From: Patescibacteria group bacterium | GTDB lineage: Bacteria; Patescibacteriota; Minisyncoccia; RBG-13-40-8-A | NCBI GenBank assembly: GCA_043807255.1 | Contig: JAZDGD010000012.1 | Coordinates: 1 to 39,709, forward strand | Length of the DNA stretch: 39,709 nt | Reading direction: 5' to 3' | Part shown: positions 1 to 9,308 of the stretch, in pieces | Layout of the letters: every line of letters starts with the position of its first letter | How positions within the stretch are numbered: the first letter of the stretch is position 1 | Position numbers and translations under genes: made by a program | The notes under the pieces: generated by a model | Database searches by the model: none | Seen by the model: the letters and a program-made list of their open reading frames with translations, nothing else | Told to the model about the DNA's origin: nothing

Positions 1-1
1 A

Positions 2-124
2 TTAAAAAGAACGATTGATAACAAACTTAATATACTTTACCAAATCAATCAAAAGGTCGATGTTAACAAAAAGATTTCAGTCAGATTTCAAACCACGAGA
101 CCAGAACCTGTTTCGGTCAGATAG
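2..124 (+). CDS. possible 3' end of a gene running in from the left edge
   Basis: Frame 2 is open from the window start to TAG at 122-124 (LKRTIDNKLNILYQ...PVSVR*), followed by a hairpin at ~143-175; no recognisable motif. Confidence 0.3.
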   Translation, partial: LKRTIDNKLNILYQINQKVDVNKKISVRFQTTRPEPVSVR

Positions 125-142
125 TTGGATGATTTGACACGA

Positions 143-175
143 AAAAAACCCTGCAACATCTGCAGAATTTTTTTA
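143..175. terminator. probable bidirectional intrinsic terminator
   Basis: CTGCA-ACATC-TGCAG stem with an A-tract on the left and a T-tract on the right, just downstream of the cupin stop. Confidence 0.55.
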
Positions 176-187
176 TTTAATTTTACT

Positions 188-586
188 TTATTCCGTCGTC
201 TTCCCGTCAAATTCTGGCGAATCTGCCTCTGCTTCTGCTTTGGTTGCGCGCACAACACCATCTTGATGATGTGCCGGAGAATAAATCGTATACAATTTTA
301 ATGATGTTGAATCGGAAGTATTAATAATATTGTGCTCTGCGCCAGCTGGAACAATAATCACATCTTCAGCAACTAAAATATATTCATTGCCGTCGATAAT
401 TGCTTTTCCTTCTCCTTCTTCAAATCTAAAAAATTGATCATTATCAGTATGTGTTTCCATGCCAATCTCTTCGCTTGGTTTTAAAGTCATCAAAACAAGT
501 TGAGAATGCTTGCCAGTATAAAGCACCTTTCTAAAATTTTCATTATTTTTTACATCTTCGCCAATATTTGTATGAAATCCTTTCAT
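188..586 (-). CDS. cupin domain protein
   Basis: Cupin motifs E-x-H-x(4)-QFF-x(4)-G-x-G and VPAGAEHNIIN; 132 aa. Confidence 0.9.
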   Translation of the reverse strand: MKGFHTNIGEDVKNNENFRKVLYTGKHSQLVLMTLKPSEEIGMETHTDNDQFFRFEEGEGKAIIDGNEYILVAEDVIIVPAGAEHNIINTSDSTSLKLYTIYSPAHHQDGVVRATKAEAEADSPEFDGKTTE

Positions 587-606
587 ATTGCTTGTTCTTT
601 TACCTT

Positions 607-627
607 CCCCGCCTCTGGCGGGGTAAA
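607..627. repeat. intergenic REP-like palindrome (TTTA-CCCCGCC-nnn-GGCGGGG family)
   Basis: CCCCGCC-TCT-GGCGGGG-TAAA; similar to the coding insertions at 27988-28011 and 29383-29407. Confidence 0.6.
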
Positions 628-652
628 AATTATTATAACTTAATTATAACAT

Positions 653-680
653 AAAAAAGGCGGGCGCAAAATGCGCCCGC
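653..680 (-). terminator. intrinsic terminator of the capA-HIT-hypothetical operon
   Basis: GCGGGCGCA-AAA-TGCGCCCGC 9-bp stem followed on the minus strand by C then T6. Confidence 0.8.
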
Positions 681-685
681 TGAGA

Positions 686-1051
686 TCACCAAGGAAATTC
701 GGCCCTAAATTTCTCCAAGAACCATTCCATAGAAATGGGGTACTCGGGAAGAACTTTTTTAGTCCACCCCTCCAGGTCATTACAAAATTTGTTGACCGTT
801 TTGTGCCAATCTTTCGGCTTGTTTTTGTTAATTCTACGTTCGAGAACACGCAAGGACAGATCACGAATCCGAATCGCCACCGTTAGTTCGGCATCTTTTA
901 ATGCTCTAATTAATTTTGCATCCGCCTTGTCAACGTCTCTCTTGCGCAAAATAGCCAGAAAATGCTTATACTCCAATAGCTCGTCTCTGACATAATAAAC
1001 GATATTCGGAATCGTCAACCGACCAACTTTGGATTGGTTTGCCTTGTTCAA
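686..1051 (-). CDS. hypothetical protein (121 aa)
   Basis: TTG start overlapping the HIT stop, strong AAAGGAGG SD, terminator immediately downstream. Confidence 0.7.
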   Translation of the reverse strand: MNKANQSKVGRLTIPNIVYYVRDELLEYKHFLAILRKRDVDKADAKLIRALKDAELTVAIRIRDLSLRVLERRINKNKPKDWHKTVNKFCNDLEGWTKKVLPEYPISMEWFLEKFRAEFPW

Positions 1052-1476
1052 TGTGCTCCTCCTTTGTAAATTTTTTCCGCTAATTGTTTTAATTCTTCAA
1101 AATCGGCTTTATAATTTTTCGATCCCCACCATTTATTCATTTCCAATCCATCTTCTGTGCGCCTTGGAACAATATGAAAATGAAGATGAAAAACACTTTG
1201 CTCCGATGCTTTACCACTCGCATTCATTATGTTTACCCCCTCGATTCCCCATACTTTTTTCATTTTTTCTGATAAATTTTTAACAACGATAATTATTTCT
1301 TTTAGGTCCTCTTCTGACACATCAAAAACATTTTCAACATGATTTTTGGGAATCACTAAAGCGTGTCCCCTGGTTAACGGATTTATATCTAAAAAGCAAA
1401 AAACTTTATCGTTTTCAAAAACCTTAAAACTCGGAATCTCCCCTTTTACAATTTTACAAAAAATACAATCTGTCAT
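1048..1476 (-). CDS. HIT family hydrolase
   Basis: N-terminal CIFCKI and histidine triad HLHFH. Confidence 0.95.
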   Translation of the reverse strand: MTDCIFCKIVKGEIPSFKVFENDKVFCFLDINPLTRGHALVIPKNHVENVFDVSEEDLKEIIIVVKNLSEKMKKVWGIEGVNIMNASGKASEQSVFHLHFHIVPRRTEDGLEMNKWWGSKNYKADFEELKQLAEKIYKGGAH

Positions 1477-1480
1477 ATAT

Positions 1481-2428
1481 TTATTTAGCCAATTCTGGTT
1501 GACTGTCTTTATTAATTAAAATTTTATGTTGTTTATATTCGGCTTTAATTTGATTGTCAATTTTTTCCAATAGAATCTCAACTGCCAGGCCTTCCATCGT
1601 GTCTTCGGACCAATATTGATCGAAAATAAAATTCCCTAAAGAATAAAAAATCATTTTGCCTTTATATTCTTCAATTGTTTGCACAACATGCGGATGACCA
1701 CCCAAAACCAAGTCTGCGCCGGCATTAATGAATTGATGCGCTTTTTCTACTGTACTGTCTGCGGGAATTTTTTTGTATTCTGCGCCCCAATGCGACACAA
1801 CAATTAAAAAATCAACTTCTGGCCTTATCCTTTCTATCTCTTTTGAAACATCTTCGAGTCCCCCATCAATCAATCCGTGGTAACCAACCCATCCAATTTT
1901 AATATTATTTTTTTCTACAATTGTTGATAAATTTTCCGGCTGATTATTATAATTACCAAAATAATTTATTCCTGCACTAGATAAATAATTTTTTGTTTGT
2001 TCATAACCATTTTCACCAAAATCAAGCATATGGTTATTGGTCAAAGACAAAATATTAAAACGCTCCTTAAGTATTGGCAAAAATTCTGGAGAGATTGTAA
2101 ATCGCATTCTGGTATTGCCATTAGAAACAGACTTAAAATTAGTCATTGGCCCTTCGAGATTAGCAAATTTTAAATCAGCGGTTTTAAGAAAATCATCAAT
2201 CTTTGCAAACGGAAAATTATAATCCCCTGTTTTTTCTGTTTTTGACAATACAACCCTATCCAACATCATATCGCCAAAAGCCAAAATCGAAACCTTGTCT
2301 ATTTCAGGTTGGATTATTTTGGCGGAATTTTGATTTTCAAAATCAAAATTCCGCTTATTTTTAAGTATGAAAAATCCAACAATAATAACTGCGACCAAAA
2401 TTATCAAAAACAGTATCCTTTTCATCAT
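1481..2428 (-). CDS. CapA / PGA_cap family metallophosphoesterase-like protein with N-terminal membrane anchor
   Basis: GDMMLDR, NLEGP, NNHMLDFG, HWGAEY, GGHPHV, YSLGNFIFDQ motifs. Confidence 0.9.
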   Translation of the reverse strand: MMKRILFLIILVAVIIVGFFILKNKRNFDFENQNSAKIIQPEIDKVSILAFGDMMLDRVVLSKTEKTGDYNFPFAKIDDFLKTADLKFANLEGPMTNFKSVSNGNTRMRFTISPEFLPILKERFNILSLTNNHMLDFGENGYEQTKNYLSSAGINYFGNYNNQPENLSTIVEKNNIKIGWVGYHGLIDGGLEDVSKEIERIRPEVDFLIVVSHWGAEYKKIPADSTVEKAHQFINAGADLVLGGHPHVVQTIEEYKGKMIFYSLGNFIFDQYWSEDTMEGLAVEILLEKIDNQIKAEYKQHKILINKDSQPELAK

Positions 2429-2434
2429 AGCTTC

Positions 2435-2477
2435 ATCTTACTCTTAAATTGACTTTTAATCAAAACAAATCTATGAT
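2435..2477. promoter_or_regulatory. overlapping divergent sigma70 promoters (small ORF on +, capA on -)
   Basis: Plus strand TTGACT(2449-2454)-17-TATGAT(2472-2477); minus strand TTGATT-17-TAAGAT, 6 nt before the capA ATG. Confidence 0.65.
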
Positions 2478-2506
2478 TAAGTTGAAATTTAAAAAGGAGG
2501 TGTAAA

Positions 2507-2638
2507 TTGAAAAAACAGATAAAAAACGTTTTGCATTCTGTCCTTGATAATTCTGAAACTATTTACAAGATTGTTATTGCGATGTTTATGATTATTCTTG
2601 TGATCAGAGTATTGATCCTTATCGTTTTTTTCCGATAA
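2507..2638 (+). CDS. small 43-aa single-pass membrane protein (absent from the ORF track)
   Basis: AAAGGAGGTG SD, TTG start, MKKQIKNVLHSVLDNSETIYKIVIAMFMIILVIRVLILIVFFR*, with promoter upstream and hairpin downstream. Confidence 0.7.
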   Translation: MKKQIKNVLHSVLDNSETIYKIVIAMFMIILVIRVLILIVFFR

Positions 2639-2641
2639 AAA

Positions 2642-2677
2642 CCCCCGAATCTCAATTGAGACCCGGGGGCATTTTTT
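2642..2677 (+). terminator. terminator-like hairpin after the small ORF
   Basis: CCCCCG...TCTCAATTGAGA...CGGGGG followed by CATTTTTT. Confidence 0.6.
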
Positions 2678-2720
2678 CAGAATTTACAAACACGCGAGTT
2701 TTTGGTAAGATTAAGGGTAT

Positions 2721-2791
2721 TGCGGGGTGGTGTAATGGTCGCACGCCATGCTCTGGACATGGAAATTTAGGTCCGATTCCTAGCCCCGCAG
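2721..2791 (+). tRNA. tRNA-Gln(CTG)
   Basis: Acceptor TGCGGGG/CCCCGCA, anticodon arm CCATG-CTCTGGA-CATGG, T-arm TTAGG-TCCGATT-CCTAG; no encoded CCA. Promoter TTTACA-17-TAAGAT upstream. Confidence 0.9.
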
Positions 2792-2796
2792 TCACG

Positions 2797-4134
2797 ATGA
2801 ATAAAAAAACATTAAAACAAAAATTGGTTATAATCTCTATCATTTTAACAGTGATAGTTTTACCTGTACTCCCCGCTTTTGCCGAAGACACTGCCCTGCA
2901 ACAAACCGAAGCCGAAAAGGCACAACTTCAACAACAACTCAATGATATCGAGGCTCAAATTACTCAACTCCAACAACAACTCAGCACAATTGCCGGACAA
3001 AAAAATACTTTGCAAAACAAAATAAAACAACTTCAAGGCCAACAAGCAACCCTAAATTTACAAATTAAGGCCACAAATTTACAAATTACAAAACTTGGTG
3101 GTCAGTTAACCCAAACAAAGGCGGCAATCAATGAAAATGTTTCTAAAATTCAATTACTCCAAGAACAAATCGCACAATTTATCCGCGCCATAAATGAATA
3201 TGATGATTATCCGTTTTTATATATGGTTATTGCTGAAGATAATTTATTTGACGCATTCAACAGCGTAGAACAATATTCTCAAATATTTTCGAGCGTAAAA
3301 GATGTACTCGAAAAAATACAACAGACAAAAATTCAACTTGATCAACAAGCCGAAACCCTGACACAACAACAGGATGACGCTCGCAATCTTTTATCTATCA
3401 AAACATTACAACAACAACAGTTATCCGGATCTGTGGGTGCTCAAAATAGTTTACTCAAAGAAACCAAAGGCAAGGAAAGCACGTATCAGGCAATCCTAAC
3501 CGATAACCGCAAAAAAGCAACGGAGATTCGTAATCGTCTTTATCAATTACTTGGAATCAGTACGCAAATCACCTTCGGCCAGGCGCTAGAAATTGCCCAA
3601 TGGGCATCACAACAAACGGGCGTAAGAGCGGCATTCCTATTAGCAATTTTAACCCAGGAATCAAATCTTGGTAAAAATGTCGGTACTTGTAATCGTGCCG
3701 GCGATCCACCAGAAAAAAGCTGGAAAGTAATTATGAAACCATCTCGTGACCATGCACCATTTAAAACAATAACCGATGAACTAGGATTAGATATCGATAC
3801 AACTCCCGTTTCCTGCCCAATGCATGATAGTAGGGGGAATCAAATTGGCTGGGGAGGAGCAATGGGACCTGCTCAATTTATACCCTCGACGTGGATGGGT
3901 TATAAAGACAAAGTAACAGCAATAACTGGCAAAACAGCCAATCCCTGGGATATTCGCGATGCGTTTATTGCTTCAGCAATAAAACTAAAAGCTGGCGGAG
4001 CTGGGTCCGTCAGCGGAGAGTGGAGCGCTGCAATGATATATTTTTCTGGTTCTACAAACACCAAGTATAGGTTTTATGGAGATAGCGTAGTCTCAATGGC
4101 AAATCAATATCAAATTGATATTGATAGTTTGTAG
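2797..4134 (+). CDS. secreted coiled-coil protein with C-terminal lytic murein transglycosylase (SLT_2/MltB-like) domain
   Basis: Signal peptide from M2797, long Q-rich coiled coil, AILTQES catalytic Glu motif, GAMGPAQFIPSTW. Start corrected from 2656, which would overlap the tRNA. Confidence 0.85.
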   Translation: MNKKTLKQKLVIISIILTVIVLPVLPAFAEDTALQQTEAEKAQLQQQLNDIEAQITQLQQQLSTIAGQKNTLQNKIKQLQGQQATLNLQIKATNLQITKLGGQLTQTKAAINENVSKIQLLQEQIAQFIRAINEYDDYPFLYMVIAEDNLFDAFNSVEQYSQIFSSVKDVLEKIQQTKIQLDQQAETLTQQQDDARNLLSIKTLQQQQLSGSVGAQNSLLKETKGKESTYQAILTDNRKKATEIRNRLYQLLGISTQITFGQALEIAQWASQQTGVRAAFLLAILTQESNLGKNVGTCNRAGDPPEKSWKVIMKPSRDHAPFKTITDELGLDIDTTPVSCPMHDSRGNQIGWGGAMGPAQFIPSTWMGYKDKVTAITGKTANPWDIRDAFIASAIKLKAGGAGSVSGEWSAAMIYFSGSTNTKYRFYGDSVVSMANQYQIDIDSL

Positions 4135-4156
4135 GTTTTAATTTTTCATAAACAGT

Positions 4157-4582
4157 TTATTGTTGTGGAACTGGTTGACCTAATGTTTCTGGTCTAAGTT
4201 GAATTGTCTTGGCGGTTATACTGCCATCAGAATTCGTTGTTCCAGTAATCATAATTGTTTTTCCGACCCCTAAATCACTAGCTACTCCGCTTATAAATTT
4301 ACTAATTTCTGTAACGTCAGAATAAAAAATGATTTTTGAACCACCATCCCGGGATTTAACCGTGATACTGGTATCGTCTTTGGAAATAATTTCTCCATTA
4401 ACAAAGTTGGCCCCACTATTACGGCTTCTCATTCCCCCGTTTACTATATCGCCAGCGGTAAATGTTCCTGGACCATTTTTCCCAAACGTAGTAGATTTTT
4501 TACCACCTATTTTAAATCCAACAAAAAACACTAAACCAATAACGATTACTCCGATTATTATTAAGGGTAATACTTTTTTCAT
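4157..4582 (-). CDS. membrane-anchored hypothetical protein (DUF5666/OB-fold-like)
   Basis: N-terminal TM helix, GEIISKD...DLGVG..I.I.G..NSDGSITAKTI pattern shared with 8430-8927. Confidence 0.7.
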   Translation of the reverse strand: MKKVLPLIIIGVIVIGLVFFVGFKIGGKKSTTFGKNGPGTFTAGDIVNGGMRSRNSGANFVNGEIISKDDTSITVKSRDGGSKIIFYSDVTEISKFISGVASDLGVGKTIMITGTTNSDGSITAKTIQLRPETLGQPVPQQ

Positions 4583-4588
4583 ACAATA

Positions 4589-4670
4589 TATTATTCGAAT
4601 TTACAAATTGTTATGCGAATCTACGAATAATTCGTTGATTCGGATAAATATTCGCATCATTCGGATATTA
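4589..4670 (-). repeat. ~82-bp palindromic intergenic element, copy 1
   Basis: Reverse complement aligns to 25287-25367 with 7 mismatches and 1 gap by hand alignment; built from CGAAT / ATTCG units. Confidence 0.85.
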
Positions 4671-4675
4671 AATTA

Positions 4676-5902
4676 TTACTCGTATCTTAACGCTTCAATC
4701 GGATTTAATTTGGCCGCTCTTTTCGCTGGATAGTAACCAAACAAAATTCCAATTAAAGCCGAAACACCAAACGCTAAAAGAACCGAAAATAAAGAAATTT
4801 TAGTAGTAATCCCTCCAAACTTTGACACTGCCGAAGAAAGGATCCAACCCAAAATTACTCCAAAAATTCCACCCAAAAAAGTAAGCATAACTGCTTCTGA
4901 TAAAAATTGAAATGTGATGTCTTTGCGTTTTGCGCCAATTGATTTTCTCAAGCCAATTTCACGAGTTCTTTCGGTAACGGTCGTTAACATCATATTCATA
5001 ATTCCAATTCCTCCTACGACCAAAGAAATTCCCGCGATTGAACCCAGCAAAATTGTCAGAGTATTAGTTATAGAAGATGCGCTAGCGGCAATATCCGCTT
5101 GATTCATAATACTAAAATCCGCTAAAGTAGCATCGGCAATGTGGTGTTCATCTAACAACAGGGAAGTTATTTCGCTTTGTAGTGCGGTCATTGAGTCTTG
5201 ATCAATCGCTTGAACATTGATTGTGGTTAAATAATTGTTGCCCGATAGAAATCTTTGTGCGGTTGTAAGTGGAACATAAATCACATCGTCCTGACTACCA
5301 AAACCGGTTCCTCCTTTTGATTTTGTAACTCCTACAACCTTAAATTCAATCCCCTTGATGCGAATTGTTTGACCGATTACGTTTGTCGCATCAACACCGA
5401 AAAGATCATCTCTGGTCGTTGGACCTATAACCGCTACCTTCGATGTGCTTTTTGTATTTTGATCAACAATAAATGAACCATCGGCAACTTCAATATTTCT
5501 AACGGCCGAATAGGTTGCCGTCACCCCCACAACCCTAGTTCTAGTATTTGTTCCTTTCGCTGTGATTTGATAGTTTCCCGTGTTTTCCGGAGCTACGTTT
5601 TTAATTGAATCTATGTTGTTTTGAATTGCTTCTACGTCAGACATGCTCAAACTTTGAGCAGATCCCCGACCAGAACTTACTTGAACGCCCGCACCACGTT
5701 GTGCTCCCGGCGTAATCATAATTAAATTAGAACCAAGTGCTTGAATATTTGATTCAATTGAGCCCTGGGCTCCCTGTCCAATAGAAATCATAGCAATAAC
5801 TGATCCGATGCCAATAACAATGCCTAAAATCGTAAGCCCGGAACGCGCCTTATTAGAGAGTATCGCCGAATAAGTTTCTTCAAATAAGTCCGATATTTTC
5901 AT
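4676..5902 (-). CDS. MacB/YknZ-like ABC transporter permease
   Basis: RSGLTILGIVIGI, GGIGIMNMMLTTVTERTREIGLRKSIGA, PAKRAAKLNPIEALRYE. Confidence 0.95.
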   Translation of the reverse strand: MKISDLFEETYSAILSNKARSGLTILGIVIGIGSVIAMISIGQGAQGSIESNIQALGSNLIMITPGAQRGAGVQVSSGRGSAQSLSMSDVEAIQNNIDSIKNVAPENTGNYQITAKGTNTRTRVVGVTATYSAVRNIEVADGSFIVDQNTKSTSKVAVIGPTTRDDLFGVDATNVIGQTIRIKGIEFKVVGVTKSKGGTGFGSQDDVIYVPLTTAQRFLSGNNYLTTINVQAIDQDSMTALQSEITSLLLDEHHIADATLADFSIMNQADIAASASSITNTLTILLGSIAGISLVVGGIGIMNMMLTTVTERTREIGLRKSIGAKRKDITFQFLSEAVMLTFLGGIFGVILGWILSSAVSKFGGITTKISLFSVLLAFGVSALIGILFGYYPAKRAAKLNPIEALRYE

Positions 5903-6597
5903 AAAATTTTCTTGTTTAAATTTTTCCTGTCTTCGACAATCTGTCCGTCGCGAATATGAATTATTCTGTCTGCGTGTTTTGCTACATCGCTTTCGTGAGT
6001 AATTAAAATTATCGTATGATGATGTTTAAGGTTTAATTCTTGAAATGTGCCCAGAACCATTTCCCCTGTTTTTGTGTCGAGATTTCCGGTTGGCTCGTCA
6101 GCTAAAATTAATGAAGGATTATTAATCAACGCCCTAGCGATTGCCACTCTTTGCATTTGTCCGCCAGAAAGTTGATTGGATTTATGTAAAAAATGTGTTT
6201 CATCTATACCAACATTTTTTAGTGCTTCTCTGGCTTTTATTTCTCTTTCTTCTTTTGGAACCTCACCATAAACCAAAGGCAACATTACGTTTCTCAATAC
6301 TGTTGCGCGTGGGAGCAAATTAAACGATTGAAACACAAAACCAATTTTATTTTTTCTAATTTCCGCCAATTCATCTTCGGAAAATTCAGAAACATTCTTC
6401 CCGTCTAAAAAAAAATCTCCACTCGTCGGGATATCCAGTGCACCAATAATATGCATCAAAGTAGATTTTCCCGATCCAGACGGACCGATAATTGCTACAA
6501 ATTCCCCATCTTCAATTTTAAGAGATACGCCCTTTAAGGCATTCGTTTCTATCTCTCCGCTCTTATATGTTTTAGCAATATCCCTGCATTCAATCAT
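5899..6597 (-). CDS. MacB/LolD/YknY-like ABC ATP-binding protein
   Basis: Walker [31 protein letters not shown]. Confidence 0.95.
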   Translation of the reverse strand: MIECRDIAKTYKSGEIETNALKGVSLKIEDGEFVAIIGPSGSGKSTLMHIIGALDIPTSGDFFLDGKNVSEFSEDELAEIRKNKIGFVFQSFNLLPRATVLRNVMLPLVYGEVPKEEREIKAREALKNVGIDETHFLHKSNQLSGGQMQRVAIARALINNPSLILADEPTGNLDTKTGEMVLGTFQELNLKHHHTIILITHESDVAKHADRIIHIRDGQIVEDRKNLNKKIL

Positions 6598-6602
6598 ATT
6601 AA

Positions 6603-8423
6603 TTAATCACCACGAAACATTCCCCCGCCTCCGCCAGCACCAGGAATCCTAAAACTATTTTGAGGTTGAGTTGTCGTTGTGGTAACAGAGGAATTATTGG
6701 TTTTAATGATTATTTCATCGCCTTCGTTCAATCCACTAATAATCTCCGTATACGAATCGTTAACCAGGCCGATTTCAACTTGTTGTTGGCCGGGAACAGT
6801 AGCCAAAATTACGCCACTATTGGTTGTTGCCGTGTCTAATGTAATTTTTTCATTAGGCATTTCAACATAAGAGATATCTCCTGATGATTTAATTGCAGAA
6901 TTTGGAACCAATAAAACGTTTTGTTTGACATCGGTAATAATAGCCACAGACAGACTCATTCCCGGCTTAACTCGTTCGTCTTGGGTATCAAATAGTATTT
7001 TAACATTGTAACTTACCACGCCCTGAGAAACTGTGCCCATAGTGTCAACTTCTACCACCTCGCCAGTAATTGTTAAATCTTCTATTGCATCAAATGTAAT
7101 GGTTGTTTTTTGATCAGTTTTAACTTTAACTGCGTCAATTTCATTAAGAGTAATTTCGGCTATTTTTTGCTCAGAAACAAAGGTCAAAAGTTTAGTACCG
7201 GACGAAACCGAATCTCCTTTTTTGACACTTATTTCGGCAACAATGCCGTCAAAGGGTGCACGGACATAACAACCAGCAAGATTTTCTCGCGCAGTAATCA
7301 AAGCATCCTCTTTTTGCTGGATTGTAATTTTTTTGGACCTAATATCAAGATCATCAGAACCTGCCATTATCTTTTTAAGTGATATTTCTTTTTCTTTAAT
7401 TGAATATTCAGCGTCCAAAACAGTCTGTCTATCATCCTTAAATGATCCTTGAATGTTCAAAAGGCTTGAAATGAGGCTATTTGTTTTAGAGGTATAAGAT
7501 TTTAAGTCTGCTTGATATCCGGTTACGTTACTGAAAACAGGCAAACTTCTTCTGGAACGATAATCAGCCCAAAAATCCAACATATTAATTTCGCTCCTTA
7601 CGGTTTCAGCCATTGCCCTTGCGGTGTCTAGGGTTTCTTCTAATAATGCCTCTATAATATCATACTCGGAATAACGACTGGTACTTTTGTAATTTTTTAA
7701 GTTTTCATCATACTTGGTTCTGGCTATTTTATAATCATTTTCAGCGCTCTTGATAAATCTTTCCAATTCATATCTATAATCACCATTGCCACCATCAATA
7801 GAATTCAAAAGAGCTGATATATTCCAATAACCTGAAAGGGTTTTTTGACTATTTGCTATTTCATAACTGTATAAAACATTACCTAAATCAGTGATAATTG
7901 TTGGTAAATCAAAAAAAGCATTAGCGATACTATTAAATGCATCCTCATAACCACTTATAATATTATCTTCGGCTTTTTGTTTTGATTCTTTGGCTTTAAC
8001 TAAAGAATTTTCCGCTTGAAGAAGAGTGAGCTCATCCGGTGGCGCTAATAACTCTTCTAATTGAATTTGCGCTGTCTCAAGACCTATCTCGGCGTCTTGT
8101 ACTGACTTTTGAGCATTGCGAGTATCTATTTGAACAAGCAAGGTACCAGGTTTTACTTTTTGACCTGCTTTTACACCTATATATACTACATCTCCAGAAG
8201 CTTTTGATTTTATGTCCACCTGATTCATTGCCGACACCTGACCGCTTCCCGAAATTGAAGTAATGATTGTCCCCTTCTCCGCGGCAGCCAAAACATAGTT
8301 TACAACAGCCGTATTCCCTTTTAATGTTTTAATCCCCAAATAGATGCCAAATATCATCAAAAGGACAATTAGTACTGACATTATCTTTCTTTTTTTAATA
8401 AATTGTTTAATTTTATTTATCAT
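6603..8423 (-). CDS. MacA/HlyD-like periplasmic adaptor with a long helical insertion
   Basis: N-terminal TM, lipoyl half-motifs (GQKVKPG; RAPFDGIV...KKGDSV), C-terminal beta domain (EIISGLNEGD); 606 aa. Confidence 0.9.
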   Translation of the reverse strand: MINKIKQFIKKRKIMSVLIVLLMIFGIYLGIKTLKGNTAVVNYVLAAAEKGTIITSISGSGQVSAMNQVDIKSKASGDVVYIGVKAGQKVKPGTLLVQIDTRNAQKSVQDAEIGLETAQIQLEELLAPPDELTLLQAENSLVKAKESKQKAEDNIISGYEDAFNSIANAFFDLPTIITDLGNVLYSYEIANSQKTLSGYWNISALLNSIDGGNGDYRYELERFIKSAENDYKIARTKYDENLKNYKSTSRYSEYDIIEALLEETLDTARAMAETVRSEINMLDFWADYRSRRSLPVFSNVTGYQADLKSYTSKTNSLISSLLNIQGSFKDDRQTVLDAEYSIKEKEISLKKIMAGSDDLDIRSKKITIQQKEDALITARENLAGCYVRAPFDGIVAEISVKKGDSVSSGTKLLTFVSEQKIAEITLNEIDAVKVKTDQKTTITFDAIEDLTITGEVVEVDTMGTVSQGVVSYNVKILFDTQDERVKPGMSLSVAIITDVKQNVLLVPNSAIKSSGDISYVEMPNEKITLDTATTNSGVILATVPGQQQVEIGLVNDSYTEIISGLNEGDEIIIKTNNSSVTTTTTQPQNSFRIPGAGGGGGMFRGD

Positions 8424-8429
8424 ATTTTT

Positions 8430-8927
8430 TTACCTAAAATTTATTGGATTAAAGGCTCCTGGAGCCATTGATGTTTGTTGTGGCATAATCCTAATAAGTT
8501 TTGCCTCAATTTGTCCAGAATTATTCGGCGAACCAATAATTACTACAAACTCACCAACCTTTAAATCTTTCAGTTGTATGTTGTCGCTTAGACGTTTAAT
8601 TATTGTATCTTGATTAACAATTACAACATTTTCCATATTTTCCCTGCCCTTTATAACAAAACTGTTTGCGTCTATTTTGATTACCTCGCCGAATAATCCG
8701 TGAGCATTAATAAATTCTCCTCCCGGCATATTTCGCCAATTCTGATTAAAACCATTTTGCGGTCCAGCAAAATTCTTATGATAGTTGTCAGCCCAATTAG
8801 AAGAAAACCTTGCTTTTTCTCCTCCAATCCATACGCCAAAAGCGAAGACAAAAACAAACAAGGCCATAATTATAAAGCCGACTATTAGCCACTTTATGTT
8901 TTCTTTAGAAAATATTTTATTAAACAT
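8430..8927 (-). CDS. membrane-anchored hypothetical protein (DUF5666-like)
   Basis: TM helix, then GEVIKID...DLKVGEFVVIIGSPNNSGQIEAKLIRI. Confidence 0.7.
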   Translation of the reverse strand: MFNKIFSKENIKWLIVGFIIMALFVFVFAFGVWIGGEKARFSSNWADNYHKNFAGPQNGFNQNWRNMPGGEFINAHGLFGEVIKIDANSFVIKGRENMENVVIVNQDTIIKRLSDNIQLKDLKVGEFVVIIGSPNNSGQIEAKLIRIMPQQTSMAPGAFNPINFR

Positions 8928-9268
8928 TGTTTTTTATATAAAAATAATTTTAAGGTGAATAACAATAAAATTAAATTAATTGTAAAAATAAACATACCCA
9001 TTATCGGAAAAGATGAAAAGATGGCTAAAACAAAATCCTTAAAAAACATCGCGAAATATCCAAAATCATTAATTGCCGAAGAAACAAAATAAGCGAAGCC
9101 GGAATCTTTGATTTGATCGAAAAGGGTTAGAAACGAGAACGGAAATAATCCCAAAGACAGGACAAACAAAAACAAAAATCCAAAAAATATTTTTTTGCTT
9201 TTCTTAAATTCTTTTTCTTTTTGGATTAAATCAATAATTTTATTAAAAAGCATGTCCATTCTGTCCAT
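8894..9268 (-). CDS. small membrane protein, candidate anti-sigma/regulator
   Basis: Hydrophobic segments, directly downstream of the ECF sigma gene; start uncertain (9268/9259/9253). Confidence 0.55.
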   Translation of the reverse strand: MDRMDMLFNKIIDLIQKEKEFKKSKKIFFGFLFLFVLSLGLFPFSFLTLFDQIKDSGFAYFVSSAINDFGYFAMFFKDFVLAIFSSFPIMGMFIFTINLILLLFTLKLFLYKKQCLIKYFLKKT

Positions 9269-9277
9269 ACTATATAA

Positions 9278-9304
9278 TACGAATAAAGGATGCATTTTGG
9301 TGCA
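9278..9304 (-). promoter_or_regulatory. candidate ECF-sigma promoter TGCACC-N17-CGTA
   Basis: Resembles the SigW-type TGAAAC-N16-CGTA consensus; overlaps the 9-bp inverted repeat AAGGATGCA/TGCATCCTT (9286-9309). Confidence 0.5.
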
Positions 9305-9308
9305 TCCT

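Noticed and set aside
2656-2796. N-terminal extension of the transglycosylase ORF
   Set aside because: It runs through tRNA-Gln; the signal peptide begins at M2797.
4589-4670. CRISPR array in the CGAAT-repeat regions
   Set aside because: Units are 8-12 nt with no unique spacers and no cas genes.
6407-6415. A9 tract in the ABC ATPase as a phase-variation site
   Set aside because: A/T runs of this length are expected in such AT-rich DNA and the frame is intact.
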